Source of the DNA: Amphiura filiformis
Lineage: Eukaryota
DNA: 64,000 nucleotides
Direction of reading: 5' to 3'
NCBI RefSeq assembly: GCF_039555335.1
Contig: NC_092647.1
Location: 51,797,740-51,861,739 of the forward strand
Shown: piece after piece, positions 25,090 through 39,093 of the stretch
How positions within the stretch are numbered: the first letter of the stretch is position 1
How the letters are laid out: each line of letters begins with the position of its first letter
Position numbers and translations under genes: made by a program
The notes under the pieces: generated by a model
Database searches by the model: none
What the model was told of the DNA's origin: nothing
What the model saw: the letters and a program-made list of their open reading frames with translations, nothing else

Positions 25090-27472
25090 TTATTTGAACG
25101 ACGTTTTATCAAAATGCGCGTAAATAAACCACCCTTCTTTTTATGTTAAAATATTGTGAATACGATAAAAGGCGTACTTATAACAGCTGCGTTACTTTTT
25201 GTGAAGTCTAAATATCAATCCACGATGTTATGAGTCCCGCCTATTCCGAGCTGATCAGAGTATATAGGATGCAATAGTCCCATGGTGACGGGCCTAGAAA
25301 ATACCAGAATGTTCGATATTTCAGACCTAAGTTAGAGCCGGAAAGGTGAAAAAGGTCTTTCTCAATTGTCAATTTTCCTGGTTAGAGGGAGGGGAAAGGG
25401 GTTCATCCTCCTAACGAAAGGACTTTCGTTTAGAATATAGGACTTCTTCGAACTTTTCGGTTGTTCACGTAGGGATAGGGTTAATAAAGGAGATGTTAAA
25501 AGTCTCCGTATACTGCTATTTGTCTATGGGCCCCGAGGGCTCTTACTACGCTCCCGCGCCTGCCCCCCCCCCCCAAAAAAAAAAAACCTTGACCTTTGAC
25601 CTTTTTGCCTATATATATCTCAAAAACTGTATTGCGGAGACAGGTCAAACTATACTTTTCCTGAATCCGTATGATGAGAGAAATACATTGGTATTGTTTT
25701 AAACAAGATTTAAAATTTTGAAATAAACTGCTCCGCGTTTTTTACGCAATTAGCTCGTATGTGGCCTAAGCTCTTTGGATGAGACACAATAGGCCTACGC
25801 ATAGCAATATTTAGCTATAAACATTAGAGGGCCTATGTTCCAATGGCACATTTCATTGAACATATTTAAACGCATAGCTTCAAATTGACATCAATAATTA
25901 TGAAAAATATATACCCAAACATGCCAAAGGTAAAACTAATGCCGTATTTTAGACATAGGCCTCCTTGTTCAATCAACAAGAAAACATTTTAAAAAAAAAA
26001 AATACAAATACAATAATGCAATACTAAGTAAGTTTCTCTGGATGAATAAATATTATGGATAACAAGAAACTGTATGCACTAGCTACAGACCATAACTGAG
26101 AAATACAGTATAATAGAGAAACTGTTTATGCACTGGCAAACACTTAATAAATACATATTTATGAGTGTCAATGGATCATATCCAAGTTCAACATGTAGTT
26201 ACGTCTGTTTCATTGAAGGGACACCATGCACCATGGCGGCAAGAAATGAAGTGTATAATATTATGAAAACACAGCCACACAAAATGCGAGGAAAAAGCAG
26301 AAAGGTATCAATTTAATTGCGAGTTTGCGCAATTTGCCAAGTGTAGCATAGTACCTAAAAAAAAACCCGCAGTGATTTATAGTGCGCTACGCACAGGCAC
26401 AACGCCTAGACGTTGATCCACAAGCCTCAGCACACATTACCTACTATATCATACCAATACATCTTACCCCCGGAACTTACTTTGATCGGGAAACCTGCGA
26501 CCCTCGCCCCGCACTCTCAACCTGAACCAGTTTTTGGCTCCGTTCTTTAGATCTTCATGACAAAATAACCAACATTCAAATTATGACAAATCTCCTGTAT
26601 CTTGTATGATTTAATATTGTAGGGTCCGCGGTGTATCATTTGTTACAAAGTTCCAGATGTTATCCACAGATAGACACACGTCGCTCTCGTCATACTTATG
26701 GCTCTGTCGTACAGTGAACTAAATCAAACCACACAAACCGGAAGCTACCAGAAAGCAATGGATAATGCTCATAATTCCTTTTATTGCGAAAATTAAAGTC
26801 GTGTATTCGTGTAGACACAGATACATGTAATATGTTATTTATAGTTAGTTATAGCAAAGATACTATTTTAGTATCTTTGGTTATATTGTGTGGTGGTGTG
26901 AGGCAGACCTCTCAAAAGGGGAGGGGTGCGCGGCCGAGGTTACTTTCTTTCTTTCTTTAAAATGTTTTAGTTATAACCGTGTTATATATAATGCGATTCG
27001 GTTTGGGTCAAAAAGTTTTGATAACATTTAAACAATTTTATAATAACATGCGGATTTCTCTTTCTTTATATTTTACTCTCCTCCCAGCAAACAAACAAAT
27101 ATTTTTAAAACGTTATAAACGTGTTTAAATGTGTTTTGCTTTTGTCCAAAACGTTTTAACAACATTTAAATCCGGGTATACTGTATAAAAGTCACGGAAA
27201 CGTGTTTAAAACGTTACATAATTTAACATTTCAACCATCCTTTTTGGCAAACATTTTTGCATAATATTCGGTGCCACCCCCCCCCCTCAATCATGGTCGG
27301 TGCCCCCCCCCAATGTGATGACCCACGCTACGCCACTGCCCCTCGTCCCCCACTAATTTAACAATTTTTCAAATCCTGGATCCGCTCCTGCATATCCTTA
27401 TCAACTAAATAATGTATTCATTATGATGTCATAATTTATTATATTATATTATATTATAAACATCTCAAAATA

Positions 27473-27882
27473 GTAACTAACCCCCCTTAAATAATGGCCA
27501 TTATTCAAAAACGGGCGATTGTATTACAAATCTGTAAAATGCGTTGGAAGTAGAATTTATTTCTGCGCATTTTGTAGCAATTGTCTAAATATTGACAGCG
27601 TACATTTAAATCAATCTAACCCAAGATTTGAAAGTTGCAGTAAATTATATTGATTTGTATTCAGTATAATGGAAGGAAATCTGATTGTTTTTGTATTGTT
27701 GTAAGTGCAACTTTCAAATCTGGACCTCACTACATTAAATTAACTGGTGTTTAATTGTTTTATTAGCTATCGTATCAAATGAGGTGTCAAAATGCGCAAA
27801 TCCTGTTTCCAACGCATTTTATAGATTTGTAATACAATAGCTCGTTTTTGAATAATGACCATTATTTAAGGGGGGTTAGTTA
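27473..27882. mobile_element. MITE with ~75-bp TIRs (GTAACTAACCCCCCTTAAATAATGGCCATTATTCAAAAACG...) embedded in an (ATATT)n microsatellite
   Basis: inverted repeats 27473-27550 and 27805-27882; (ATATT)n on both flanks. Confidence 0.6.
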
Positions 27883-29383
27883 CTTTTTTTGCGATGTATA
27901 TTATATTATATTATATTATATTATATTGTATTATATTATATTATATTATATTATATTATATTATATTATATTATATTATATTATTTGGTTGAAGAAAGAC
28001 ATTCAAAACAACAATTGAAAATAATTCGGTTCTTGAGTTTGTGTTTTCTCTGATTTTTTTCCCCTTCCAAACAGTATGCGATAAAGCAATTTTAAGATTT
28101 GCTCAAGTGGATACGCTCAATTTTTCCTCAAAATTCTGATTTTTATTGCAATATATTGTAATGTACACTTTGATGAAATACAATATACTGTAAACTGATT
28201 TTAGATTTTTTTAATCTTATTTAATCACTGGGCCATTCAGATTCGCTGTTACAAATACGTGTATGAAAAAGGTCAAGTTTGAATAAACCTAACCATTATG
28301 GCTTTAAATGTGGAACAATAACAATTCCTATATCCGTATGCACAAAAGAGTTAGACCAGGTCTAAAGTTAGACATGGTCTAAGTGGAATTTAGGAGAAAG
28401 GACATTTTCCTTTACATTTTCTTAAGTTATTTTGTATTATTTTGGAACTTTGCATTGTAATCTTTCAAATTTGCTAGCTACTCTAGGAAGGAAATAAGAG
28501 TAAAAGACCAATCCTGATGGAACTAAATTCCTCTTAGACCAGGTTTTGTCAATATTATATTCATTATTATCCCTGCCATACAAAGTTTGGAAGGAGACTA
28601 TATAATGATCTCTCTCCGATATATGTGCAAAAAATGTTAATCCATGTGAAGAAAAAGTTAACCCTTGGCTCTGCTGGGCTTATACTGTCATTACCGTATT
28701 GCTATCTTGTCGTAATCGGTAAATTACATGTCGATGACAAACTAACTAAAATCTAATTTTCATAAATAACAAAAAACTTGATCAGAGAAGGAGTTCTCCA
28801 ACCGATGTGTTCCGACCCTATTTGGGGTAGTGAGCTCAAATTTTTGGATCATAACTCTATTCAGGAATATTTTATCTTCAGGAACTGGGGTCACATTCCA
28901 TCAATGGTTTGGAACCGCTGTTTCAAAGGCTTCCCAATGTGGCAATGCCAAAATTTTCTGTGGTGGTTGCACAAAGTGAATTTGAGGGGGGCAGGGCAAA
29001 CATCCTAAGATTTGCCTATGCAATAAACATTTCAGCAAAAAAAAAAATATTTCTCGGGGAAATCTCACATATATCTTAGTTTAATACTTTCCAATAGGCT
29101 TCAACATAAAAAGTCCAAGTTCTGAGATTTTGTTTTTTAAAATATCAAGAGCCTCCCACGAAACACTGAACTAATATTATGCTAGTTTATATTAATTTTA
29201 ATGCATTTTTCAAGCTGATTCCAAAAATAATAATGAAAATATACCCCCAGGTAGGTAGAGACCCGGGGTACAGAAGGTTAAGCAGGGGGGAAAGTTAAAG
29301 ATTGTGGGCATTTTCCACAATGCCCACTCTGGTGTAGCAACTGTCCTTTCATACAATATGGTTTCATTAACCCACAGGAGTCC

Positions 29384-29530
29384 TCATTGCAAATCTTCCT
29401 CCTCAACATTGCTCTCTGTAGATAGCTGGCTCTGTCGAGTCATGTTCGCTACATTGCTCTCTCTAGATGGCTGGCTTTGTTGATGTAGTTGACTCATGGT
29501 TGCTACTAAGAGTGACTGCATAGTCTTCAG
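29384..29530 (-). CDS. TRPM-like copy B terminal exon (48 aa + stop; internal ~57-nt duplication relative to copy A)
   Basis: acceptor ttttgcag; LKTMQSLLVATMSQLHQQSQPSRESNVANMTRQSQLSTESNVEEEDLQ*. Confidence 0.55.
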   Translation of the reverse strand: MKTMQSLLVATMSQLHQQSQPSRESNVANMTRQSQLSTESNVEEEDLQ

Positions 29531-30416
29531 CTGCAAAACAATGAAATATTTGGTCTTACTATTTGTTATTGTCAAGACAGCAACATATCCAACAATTATT
29601 ATTTTAACCAGTTCTACATTTTTATTTTATAATTGGGCAATTAACTTTTTTTGTTCAAAAACATTTTTTTCTTAGTAGATTCCATGGATAAATCCATAGT
29701 CCAGACATACACAAAATACACAAGCCTGCCCGGTAAACACCAAAATGTTCTTTAAACTTTTAACATTCAATGTCATGTTATATAAAGATCATGAATACAT
29801 TTTTTAAATGTTATTGTAAAAATTTTGGGCAAACATTTTTGCAAAATATTTTGTCAACAGTTAATAACATTCTGTTAGAATGTTTTGCATCACAGTTTCA
29901 AAAAGTTTCAAATATTCACAGCAGTGTAAAGAAAAAGACAATTTTTAACACTTGAAATAATGAGTCTAAGATATATGTGATGCGATCAAGCAAAATCAGT
30001 CGGAACTCGGAAATATTGATTTTGAGATATAGCCAATTAATAAAGGAATTATTTCCTTTTGTTTCCTGTTGTTTTGGAAACTCTTTAATTACTCATATCT
30101 TTGGAACTGGTTGTTCAATTTGAATAGGGTTTTCTGCAAAATGCAGCTTTGTAAACGTTTTTTACTTTCATAATAAGAAACTGAAAATTTATTATTTCCG
30201 AGTTCCGACTGATTTTGCTTGATCGCATCACATATGAATCGGAAGGCATTATTTCCTATGAACTCTCCATCCTTTGTGTTGCGTGCCCAAATTGTCACAT
30301 TTTAAGCCTTTGCGAGCTTAACTCATACTAAGTATACATTTTCTGCACGGAAATTGCATAAGAATCTTCCAATTGTTTCTCTCAAGTCATAACAGTCACA
30401 TCATCATTTCCTGTAC

Positions 30417-30492
30417 CTGTTCTTTAACAGCAGTCATTTCTTCCTTAACCTGTTGTTCAATTCTAGTCACATGTGTTGAGATCTCCAGAAGC
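30417..30492 (-). CDS. TRPM-like copy B exon 22, coiled coil
   Basis: LLEISTHVTRIEQQVKEEMTAVKEQ; calibrated on the antisense plus-strand ORF. Confidence 0.55.
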
Positions 30493-30979
30493 CTATTAGA
30501 AAGTTCAAAAACAAAACAAGAACTTTGTAAGACTTGGGAGTGCTGGATAGTTGGTATTCTAAGCTCGTCCAAACAAAAACATGAGACCAGCTGCGGTCCT
30601 GCAGGGATTTCAAATCAAAAAGTGACTTTACGAAGCCTCAAAGATCGGATTGTAATTGCCCATTTTGAACGACCAAGCACCCAGGATTTGCACCTAGGCA
30701 GAGGTTTATGGGTGAAGTGACATATCACACACATTTTGAGCACCAGGCCCTAAACCTAGGTTTCAATAAACATTAGGTACATCCATGTTTGACCAGCAGG
30801 GTGAATTCACATTTTGTTCCCTTTACTTTGCTGGAAAAACCAAAGGGTGAAACTTGGTTCAATGCATTATCATATGCGGTGAATCCAAACAAATATTTGC
30901 AAAGGCGAATCTATGACTAATCTTTGCTCTCTTGTAAATTGATTAAAACCGACTGTCACTTTCCTCCACATTTACCTAC

Positions 30980-31109
30980 CTGTTCTCATTGTTTTGCAGT
31001 TTTCTGCTGGTGTTTTCTTGTTCTTTTTGTCTCTTCTTTGCCAAGTAATCTTCTCCTTTAACCGACTCCCATATGGCTAACTCATCGATGCTGGTATCGG
31101 ATTGAGAAG
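30980..31109 (-). CDS. TRPM-like copy B exon 21
   Basis: ORF-anchored; donor AG|GTAGGT. Confidence 0.6.
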
Positions 31110-31443
31110 CTGTATGAAATGGAAATGTCCATTTCATAGAAATCAATAAATAATGTCCTCCATTAATACTGCTTTCTGCACTACTTCTGTACCACAACCA
31201 GCCACTTTTTTGAAAGTCAAGTTTGTCAACCACTTGCATCTCCGTGCCAAGAAAGACCTGACATACATTACCAAGCCGTGACAACGTCTGGAACGCACGA
31301 ATACATTACTGGCAGATTGGCGGACGGGGTTGCTCATGGAGCTTAAATCTTCAAATTCATTCAGAATCAGATTACTTTTGGTATCAGTGGTGTAGCTAGG
31401 ATCGTTTCAAGGGGGCATGGTGATCTTGGGAGGGGGCACTCAC

Positions 31444-31655
31444 CTTTGCACGAGAACTTGTCGCAGCCCGTACAGCCGCACTTCTGACACATTTTTCGTA
31501 GCTTGTTAAACAGACCTATTACAAGCAGAATGATGTGGCTTATGATGATGAATGGTGGTGCTAAAACAGGTCTCTTGTGGTATTCTGTGATCAGTTTGAA
31601 TCTTTGCCATTTCCAGTGTATGTCTGTTTTTTCTTGAACAGCAACAAATGTGAAG
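31444..31655 (-). CDS. TRPM-like copy B exon 20, TRP domain
   Basis: [70 protein letters not shown]; donor GTGAGT. Confidence 0.75.
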
Positions 31656-32177
31656 CTGAAACAACAGCAGAAAGAAATTGGATATTTGTATCAAATATAC
31701 ACTATATAGTAATTTGTTTGTACAATAATATCTAATCTGCAGAAGAACCAAATTCCTGCACACGTCTCTGTTTAACACAGTGATATCTTGGAGCTCCCCG
31801 GTCAGTAATGGCTCTTGACAGCCCTGCCTCACGCAAGAGCGCTGAGCGGCACATAATCTCTTTTGCAACCAACTTGCAAACTTGTTAGGGTTAAGATTTA
31901 GTATTATGCAACACATTATGATTAAAGGTTGTAATAATAAGGCTGGAGCCGGTTTCTATTGTCCTAAAAAGGCAATGGAACACGGTTTAACCAGCGCTTA
32001 ACCGGAACCGGTGGTCGAGTCTTGAAGCCGCCCTAAGTTAATATTCGTGCGGCATTGATGTGCCGAAGTCCACTTTTTCAACAATTCACCCCAAATAATT
32101 CCTGGTTACAGGCACTGGCCAAACAATAATGTTTATATGATTTAAGATTTTTTTGTGTATCTGAGGGATATACATAC

Positions 32178-32331
32178 TTGAACATGGCAATAAGAAGATT
32201 CAACAGTAGAACATTGCTGAGGAAGAGGTAGATTGACAAGAGAATGGTTCCAAACCATGCATTTTGTTGACACGTCTCTTCTATCCCTGTATGAGTAGCA
32301 TTCCCAACCTCTCTCGTATATGTGTAACATT
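32178..32331 (-). CDS. TRPM-like copy B exon 19, pore/S6
   Basis: ..NAWFGTILLSIYLFLSNVLLLNLLIAMF; donor GTATGT. Confidence 0.7.
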
Positions 32332-32566
32332 CTGTACCATCAAGATAAAATTCAACATTGTATTTCAGTTAAGGGACCAATAGGAAGTCACAATTTCCAG
32401 GCTTCCCAGAGTAGATCTTATGTTAAATGTTGGTTTGTATGGGGGTTGGAATGGTATGTGTAAAACCTTTCGTGCAAAATCCTGGGAAAATTGAAAAAAA
32501 TTAATCAGGATTAATTCAGGATCATGTATACAGGTATTATACAGGGCATATTGTCCACTAGCTTAC

Positions 32567-32741
32567 CATCGTCATTGGTTTCCAAAAGCTCCCCAAAGAT
32601 TTGCAGGTACGGTCGATAAAAGATGCTTTCTAACACATTGGACACACCGGATCTTCCTGGGTATAATATAGCTTCTCTAGCTACACCATAGGACGTTAAG
32701 AACACAAGTAAAATACTGACGAACACCAGCAGATCTGCAAA
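32567..32741 (-). CDS. TRPM-like copy B exon 18, S5
   Basis: ORF-anchored; the acceptor abuts an (AAT)n microsatellite that forms the polypyrimidine tract on the coding strand. Confidence 0.7.
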
Positions 32742-32745
32742 CTAA

Positions 32746-32792
<47 letters not shown>

Positions 32793-34652
32793 ACTTATAG
32801 AGCGCGTTACTAAAAAAACAAAAACAGTTTCTCAATGCACTTTACAAACAGAAAAATCTTAACTACAAGATACAGGGTGCACAACTTCTAAGTTCCCCCC
32901 TAAATACTTTTTAAAATAAGTCGAACAATATTTTACGAAATTTAAAAATGTAAAAAGATAAAATAAGACCCTGGTCGAACCTCTAGTCCTCTTAAAAGAG
33001 CATATCTTCAAAAGTCAATAAAATATTTCTTTCGGTTTATTAAAGCTAACGAATAAATGTTTCTTTAAAATTATATCAAAATATATTTAATCAACTATTC
33101 AGAAATAGGAGAAAAAGAGGGCGCAATGAGGGTTCTGTTTTTATTGGAACACCCTATATTTTGTTTAAAGTCTACCCCTACAACCTAAACCAATTAATTT
33201 CAAAATTAAAAGTGCATGGTGACTTATGGTGCTGTATAATTTAGTTTCAAATTACCACCTAATCATGAATATCATAATCATTTACATATATTATATGCCT
33301 ACACATGGAAAGGGTAAACAAGTCTATACCACACAGCGTCATCATCCCTATATCTTCGTGTCAAAAATTGCCGCGATAGTACGGCGAATCCTCTCGTTTT
33401 TCAATAGCTACGCATGGCGATTTTGTTCGAGATAGGCCGAGCGACTCAGGCTAAGCATAGTACGACTATCATATGAGATACCACCAAGTTCTTTTTGGAT
33501 TCGATTTGTTTTCAGGTACAGCTCAACTTACCGTACTTTGCCTAACCAGACAGTCCATGCCAAAATTGTTACTACACCTTTACATTTCATCGAATCTCTT
33601 TTGATGTCTGTCATTTTGAACATCACACTTGAAAGATGTATGCTATGTAGAAACTTTATTTTGAAATTTCATAATTTGCATATTATTAGCATATTTGCAA
33701 GAAAAAACATGAAAATCAATAAATACCTATATTTTTCACAATTTCAATATTTTATTAGAAATTAAGCATGTAGGCCGTTTGTTATGACTTGATGAATGAA
33801 GCTGTTAAAACAGATTTTGATATTTTTGCTTATTTTTCCTTTTTTGCCCCCAAAATGTGTAAAAATCAACATTTTTGTTTTTCTTATATTTTCTTTGAAT
33901 ATTTATCAAATTTCTTAATTTAGGTATAATACAGTGCAGAAAAGATGTCAAAAAATCTGTTAAAACAGATTTCAATAAATTGTTCCATTTTCCATTTTGG
34001 GTTAAATACTCAATTTTCATGCGCGGGATATTTGAAACATAAAATGAAAACATGTCCATTGCACTTTTTCCTCGAGATGTACTATAATTTCAAGGTTACG
34101 GATATATTATAATCCCTTCTTATCTTCACTGATCCATCAGATACCTATTGTTATGAATGATCAATGAAAAGGTTCAGAATTGGGCTACTAATGGTCTGCC
34201 AAGTATCTATAGTTATTTTCATGACTGTGTCAACTCAAAAATCATGCAAGGTCGAATGTAGGAAAAGTATGATCAGTTGAGCTGTAGAACCCAGGTTTTG
34301 TTTTTAATTACACTAACTTGAAATTAAATACACTAATTAGCGGCCATTGCTGTTTGCTCTGGATACATTTTTACTGCATTTTTGGCGTAACGATTTTTAA
34401 ATCGTAAGTTAAAATTATGATATATTTAATTTTGAGAATTACAATTATATAAAGGAACACATTTAGCCCATTCACCTAAAATCCAGGTGCTTGTATTATA
34501 ATATTCGATCACACGTGTATATAACAATGCATATGTAAACTTTCTTTATATATGTCAATAATAGAATTGATTTCACCAACGGAGTATTGAGCTGTATGAA
34601 CTGAAAAAATATTTATAATATAGGGTGTTGACACTGTGTACCATTCACTTAC

Positions 34653-34798
34653 CATCCCTTCAATCATGACAAGTTTAGGGCCTAGATGTTTGTTGGCGGA
34701 AAAGATGTGTAGCAGCCGGATGTAAAAGATAACCAAGCTTAATGCTAACAAGATACGACCTTCTGGCATGGTATGTGGAAAGCACCGTAACACGTAGC
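34653..34798 (-). CDS. TRPM-like copy B exon 17, S4
   Basis: ORF-anchored; donor GTAAGT. Confidence 0.7.
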
Positions 34799-35554
34799 CT
34801 ATAGCGAGGATAAAATTTTTTTTTTTTTTTGTACGTTTTGTCTCAAACCACTTGCCATAGGGCTGTGGATTTATTACCTATAGGCAATATTTAAGTACAA
34901 ATAAAACAACTTAAATTGAATATCACATTGAATGTTTCCCATTTTCCCTCTCACGAGTGACCCCCCCCCCAAGAAAAAAAGAGTTTTGCTCTCTTTGAAA
35001 TTCCCCATTATCCTCCCTCCCGAAAACGGTAACGTTCACTCGAAAGTTTAAGCCAAAATTGATGTTTATCTTTGAATTTTACTACTTAATAATTATAATG
35101 TTTTTGTATTTTTTTATTAGGACAGAAAACATTAGAATTAGCCGAGACCTAAGAGGGCTATCATTTTCTTCGGAAGGGGGGCAAATATACGGGGGTTCAC
35201 AAATTTTTGGGAAGTAAAAAAAGAGGCGGTTATCAAATATGTGAGGACAAAAATGCAGGGAGTCACAAGATGACCACAGATAGTGTGTTTATTTTATATA
35301 TATATTCAAAAAGACTGATTTCAATACAATTTAAAAGCCTGTTCAGGGTGTAAGGTGTATCGGTGGTGGAGGGTCATAGAAACTTTTGTTGCCGAAATAG
35401 GGGGGTGTCGCAATTCTATTGACGCTGACTTTTGTAAATTTGGGACCCCTTCTGAAGAAAATGATAGCCCTAAATGCTAAATAGCGAATGTGTTGTATCT
35501 TTCATATTATCTTTATTGGTTATTGCATGCTATCGTGAACATTCATGAATGTAC

Positions 35555-35657
35555 CTGTTATAAATACGACGATTTTACAAATGTCAACCTTGTTCCAAAA
35601 GTAATGAGTCCAGATGCTCAGACGATACAAGAATGTAGGACCTACTTCCCACAGTAC
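35555..35657 (-). CDS. TRPM-like copy B exon 16, S3
   Basis: ORF-anchored (VLWEVGPTFLYRLSIWTHYFWNKVDICKIVVFIT). Confidence 0.65.
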
Positions 35658-35841
35658 CTGCAAGGAAAACATCATCGGATTAGGTATTCTAATCTTCATC
35701 GTCATACATTATCATCATCATCATCATCATGTGATATCGTCATCATTATTACTAAATTTAATATATTTGAAATAATTTATTTGCCAGTGACCTTGTAAGA
35801 CAACGCTTATCTCATTAATATGCTTAAACTACATGGCATAC

Positions 35842-35973
35842 CTGTCGGATCAGTTCTATACACAGTGTAAAGAACCACGCAAGAAGAACGTATTCTATCA
35901 CAGATGGGTACTTGCTCTCAAAGCCTAGTAGAAGAATATAACTGAAAAGTCCCAGAAATACTATCCTGGAAAA
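35842..35973 (-). CDS. TRPM-like copy B exon 15, S2
   Basis: ORF-anchored (FSRIVFLGLFSYILLLGFESKYPSVIEYVLLAWFFTLCIELIRQ). Confidence 0.65.
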
Positions 35974-37001
35974 CTGCAATTTGGGGAAGAGGTTAGTTTT
36001 ATTAAGCATTCATAAAATACTATAATGTATACAATATAATATGAAAATTTGTTACCGGTCGGACTGTGTAATACATCGAGTGCTCAGTGCCATAAGTGGG
36101 TAAGTGCAATAGCTGCCCTGCGAACAATTGAATATATGAATACAAAACCCACCCAAGTCCATACTTTGGCCAAATTGAGTTAAGCATGGGATACTGTGCT
36201 ATACATAGGCCTATTATTTGTATGAAAGAACAACTCAAATTCATCCTCTGTGTCTATTGAGCATGTGAAAAATAGCATGTATGAAAGAAACACCCAAGTC
36301 CAGGATTTGAGTCTTGTAACACATTGATTGAAATCCAGTATGTATAAAAGAACAACTTGTGACACATTCATTGCTGGAGAGTGACTTTTGAAAGGGCTTA
36401 ATCAAGGAAAATGTCTGGTTTATATTACATGGCAGTATGCTTATCAACATACATACCTGTGTGCTTTATTTTGTATTGTCTTGCTAGTCGTAATCTCATT
36501 CCAACATTGTTGTCTTTGTATATGATTCAAAAAAACACCCAAGTCCAGCATTTAAAACGAACCCCACGAAGTCCCTGAAATGCTAATCGTCATACCTAAT
36601 ACAGTTTAAGCCACTCATTTCCATGTAAAACTTATTATATCGACCAGGTAAATACACAGGTTTTTTTTCTCAAAATCACTTCCCATGGACTTGGGTGGGG
36701 TTTGTATTCATGTATTCAATTGGCAAATTACACACAATATATTGTATTCATCTACATATGGCAGCTACATCACTTACCCACTTCTAGCAATGAGCAGTCA
36801 ATGGACAGTCATGGACATTAGATTGCACTTACAAAAAAACATGCAACAATAGTATTGATAAAGAAAACTGGTAGTTTTCGAAACGTCTGCATGTAAGTGG
36901 AATCTAATTGGACTAGTTGTATCAATTTACAAATAATAATCTACTATGAACAGTCCTGATGAATATCTTCAAGAATGCATAAGAATATAATAGGAACCTA
37001 C

Positions 37002-37140
37002 CACATTGTAGAGAAAAATGACAAGCGGGACATAGAAAAACGTAGAGACACGACGTCGTAGCGATGCTCGTGGCTTTTCATTCTCATGCTCGGCAAACCA
37101 GATCCGCTTTCGGCGATTCAATTCACGAAGTGGCAACCCG
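37002..37140 (-). CDS. TRPM-like copy B exon 14, S1
   Basis: ORF-anchored; same unresolved 5' phase as copy A. Confidence 0.55.
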
Positions 37141-38036
37141 CTACATAGGAGTTCAACACAAAGCACACACTAATCAATCTTGGGACAATTCTGTGAAAAT
37201 AGAGAACCAAAACGATCTCTCTATCCCCTTCTTTCACAGAAACTGTTAATCTTGATTTCATATCGATTTCCAATTGCGCTATCCTTACACTGTGACTAGG
37301 AATAGTATTTGATCCAACCATTATGCAGAGATGACTGCTGTTGCAAGGCATTACACAAAACATTCCACAAATAAACGAGGAGACGAAATGCTCTTCTAAT
37401 GATAAATCACATCAAGTCACACTATGCAAATAATATGTTTGTGCAGTTGACGCTAATAGCTCTATGATCAACTTGTTAACTTTAATCTTGTAAGTTAATA
37501 TTACTTAAATTTGATTTCGTTTTACGTGTATTTACAACTTTGATTCGAGACGTTCGTTACGTTTACCGTGATTACTTTAAAAGACCACTACAAACCGATG
37601 AACAAGCAATTAGTAGCAAACAACTTACGTGAAGTTGGGACTACTGGTTTCGCCATCCGTTTCATCATTTCGATGTGGTAGTCCAGGAAGGAGCGATAGT
37701 ACACTACGACGTATGGAGAAAGTACGCATCAACTGAGGTCTGCGGAGCTTAATATCGCCCGTATTTCGCCCTCGAGGTAGCCTCTATCGTTGCGAATAAA
37801 GAATAATCAAAGCACGCGCCTTAGGTAGATTAAACCAGGAACATAGCGAAATTAAGATGGAATTCAGTAGTTTATATTTTTATTTCCCGAAAGTGCAAAT
37901 TGTTTTAGAAGGCCGGGTCCAGAACTGTTATAGGTTTCTGGGCACCTGCAACTCATAATTTGGGGAAATCAACAATTTGATCGTACTGGTTTAACGACAG
38001 TGAAAGGGGGAAAACTTTTAAATCTTGAAAAGAAAT

Positions 38037-38771
38037 AGGTATTTGAAGGTTTCTTTGTACAAATCCAAACATTTGGGTTGATGTTACGTACCTCAATGAC
38101 CGTTTCGTGCTAAGACTTTCTCCAATTGACTGACCAATTCCTGCACATCGTCGGCTGCTTTTGGATGGAGCTGGCGTAGATGGCGCTGTTAGGACTTGGT
38201 CGTAAATATGCGGAATAAAGTAGTTTCCCTCGTCTCCGTTGAGTGTCTTGCCCCTCCCCCCCCCCCTCTGTCTTTGATTTAAAGACTTAAAGAACACAAA
38301 ACAGAAGCTGACAACGCGTCTAAGAAAGCTTACACCAGAGCGCAAAGACAGGCCTCCATTACGGGTGAGGAGAATAAATCTGCTATCACAGATCACGTGG
38401 CCGAGCAAAATCATGTAATCGGTTGAGAGAAGTCACAAATCAAAGACAGAGAACAGAACAGGAAGAGGAGACACATACAAGAAGCCATCTGGAGGGGGGC
38501 CAAACCGCCCAAGACACTCAACAGAGACGAGAGGAACTACTTTCTTCCGCATATTTACGACCAAGTCCGAACAGCGTCATCTACGCCAGCTCCATCCGAA
38601 AACAGCCAACGATATGCGGGAATTGGTCAGTCAATTTGAAAAAGTGCTAAGGCTTAGCACGAAAGTCAAAACTGTCATTGAGGTACGTAACATCTACCCA
38701 AATTTTTGGATTTGTACAAAGAAACCTTCAAACATCTATTTTACCGACAATCCTGATGAACTCATTTGCGG
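38037..38771. mobile_element. foldback-type element (near-palindromic, ~85-bp outer TIRs plus nested inner inverted repeats) in the copy B intron 12-13
   Basis: absent from copy A at the homologous site (A ~13690); flanked by a direct duplication atcttgaaaagaaat (38022-38036 and 38772-38786). Confidence 0.7.
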
Positions 38772-38800
38772 ATCTTGAAAAGAAATGTATTTGTATTTAC

Positions 38801-38887
38801 CTTAACGACAAGGGGATCGACTTCTTCTTCCTTCATCTTCAAACGTATGCAAAGCAGTGCAGGCGGGAATACGAGACATATCCATAT
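38801..38887 (-). CDS. TRPM-like copy B exon 13, pre-S1
   Basis: encodes the identical peptide IWICLVFPPALLCIRLKMKEEEVDPLVVK; calibrated on the antisense plus-strand ORF. Confidence 0.6.
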
Positions 38888-39093
38888 CTATGAATGAACA
38901 TAATTAATAAAAATAAAAAGTAACTATTAGTTAATTCATATAAACACGTGACAGTGTACTGCACTAAGAATTAAAAAGATTCATCGGTATAACAATTTTA
39001 AATTCAATTAGAGTCGACATTATCCAAAAGAGGAATGCGTATCATGTTTTCTTTATTCAATTTTTCGAGGTACTTTTTCACAAATCTACGAAC

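Noticed and set aside
38678-38893. Plus-strand ORF (..YLNDKGIDFFFLHLQTYAKQCRREYETYPYL) 98% conserved between the copies, suggesting a nested gene
   Set aside because: It is the antisense strand of the pre-S1 coding exon 13 (38801..38887 in copy B, 13711..13797 in copy A).
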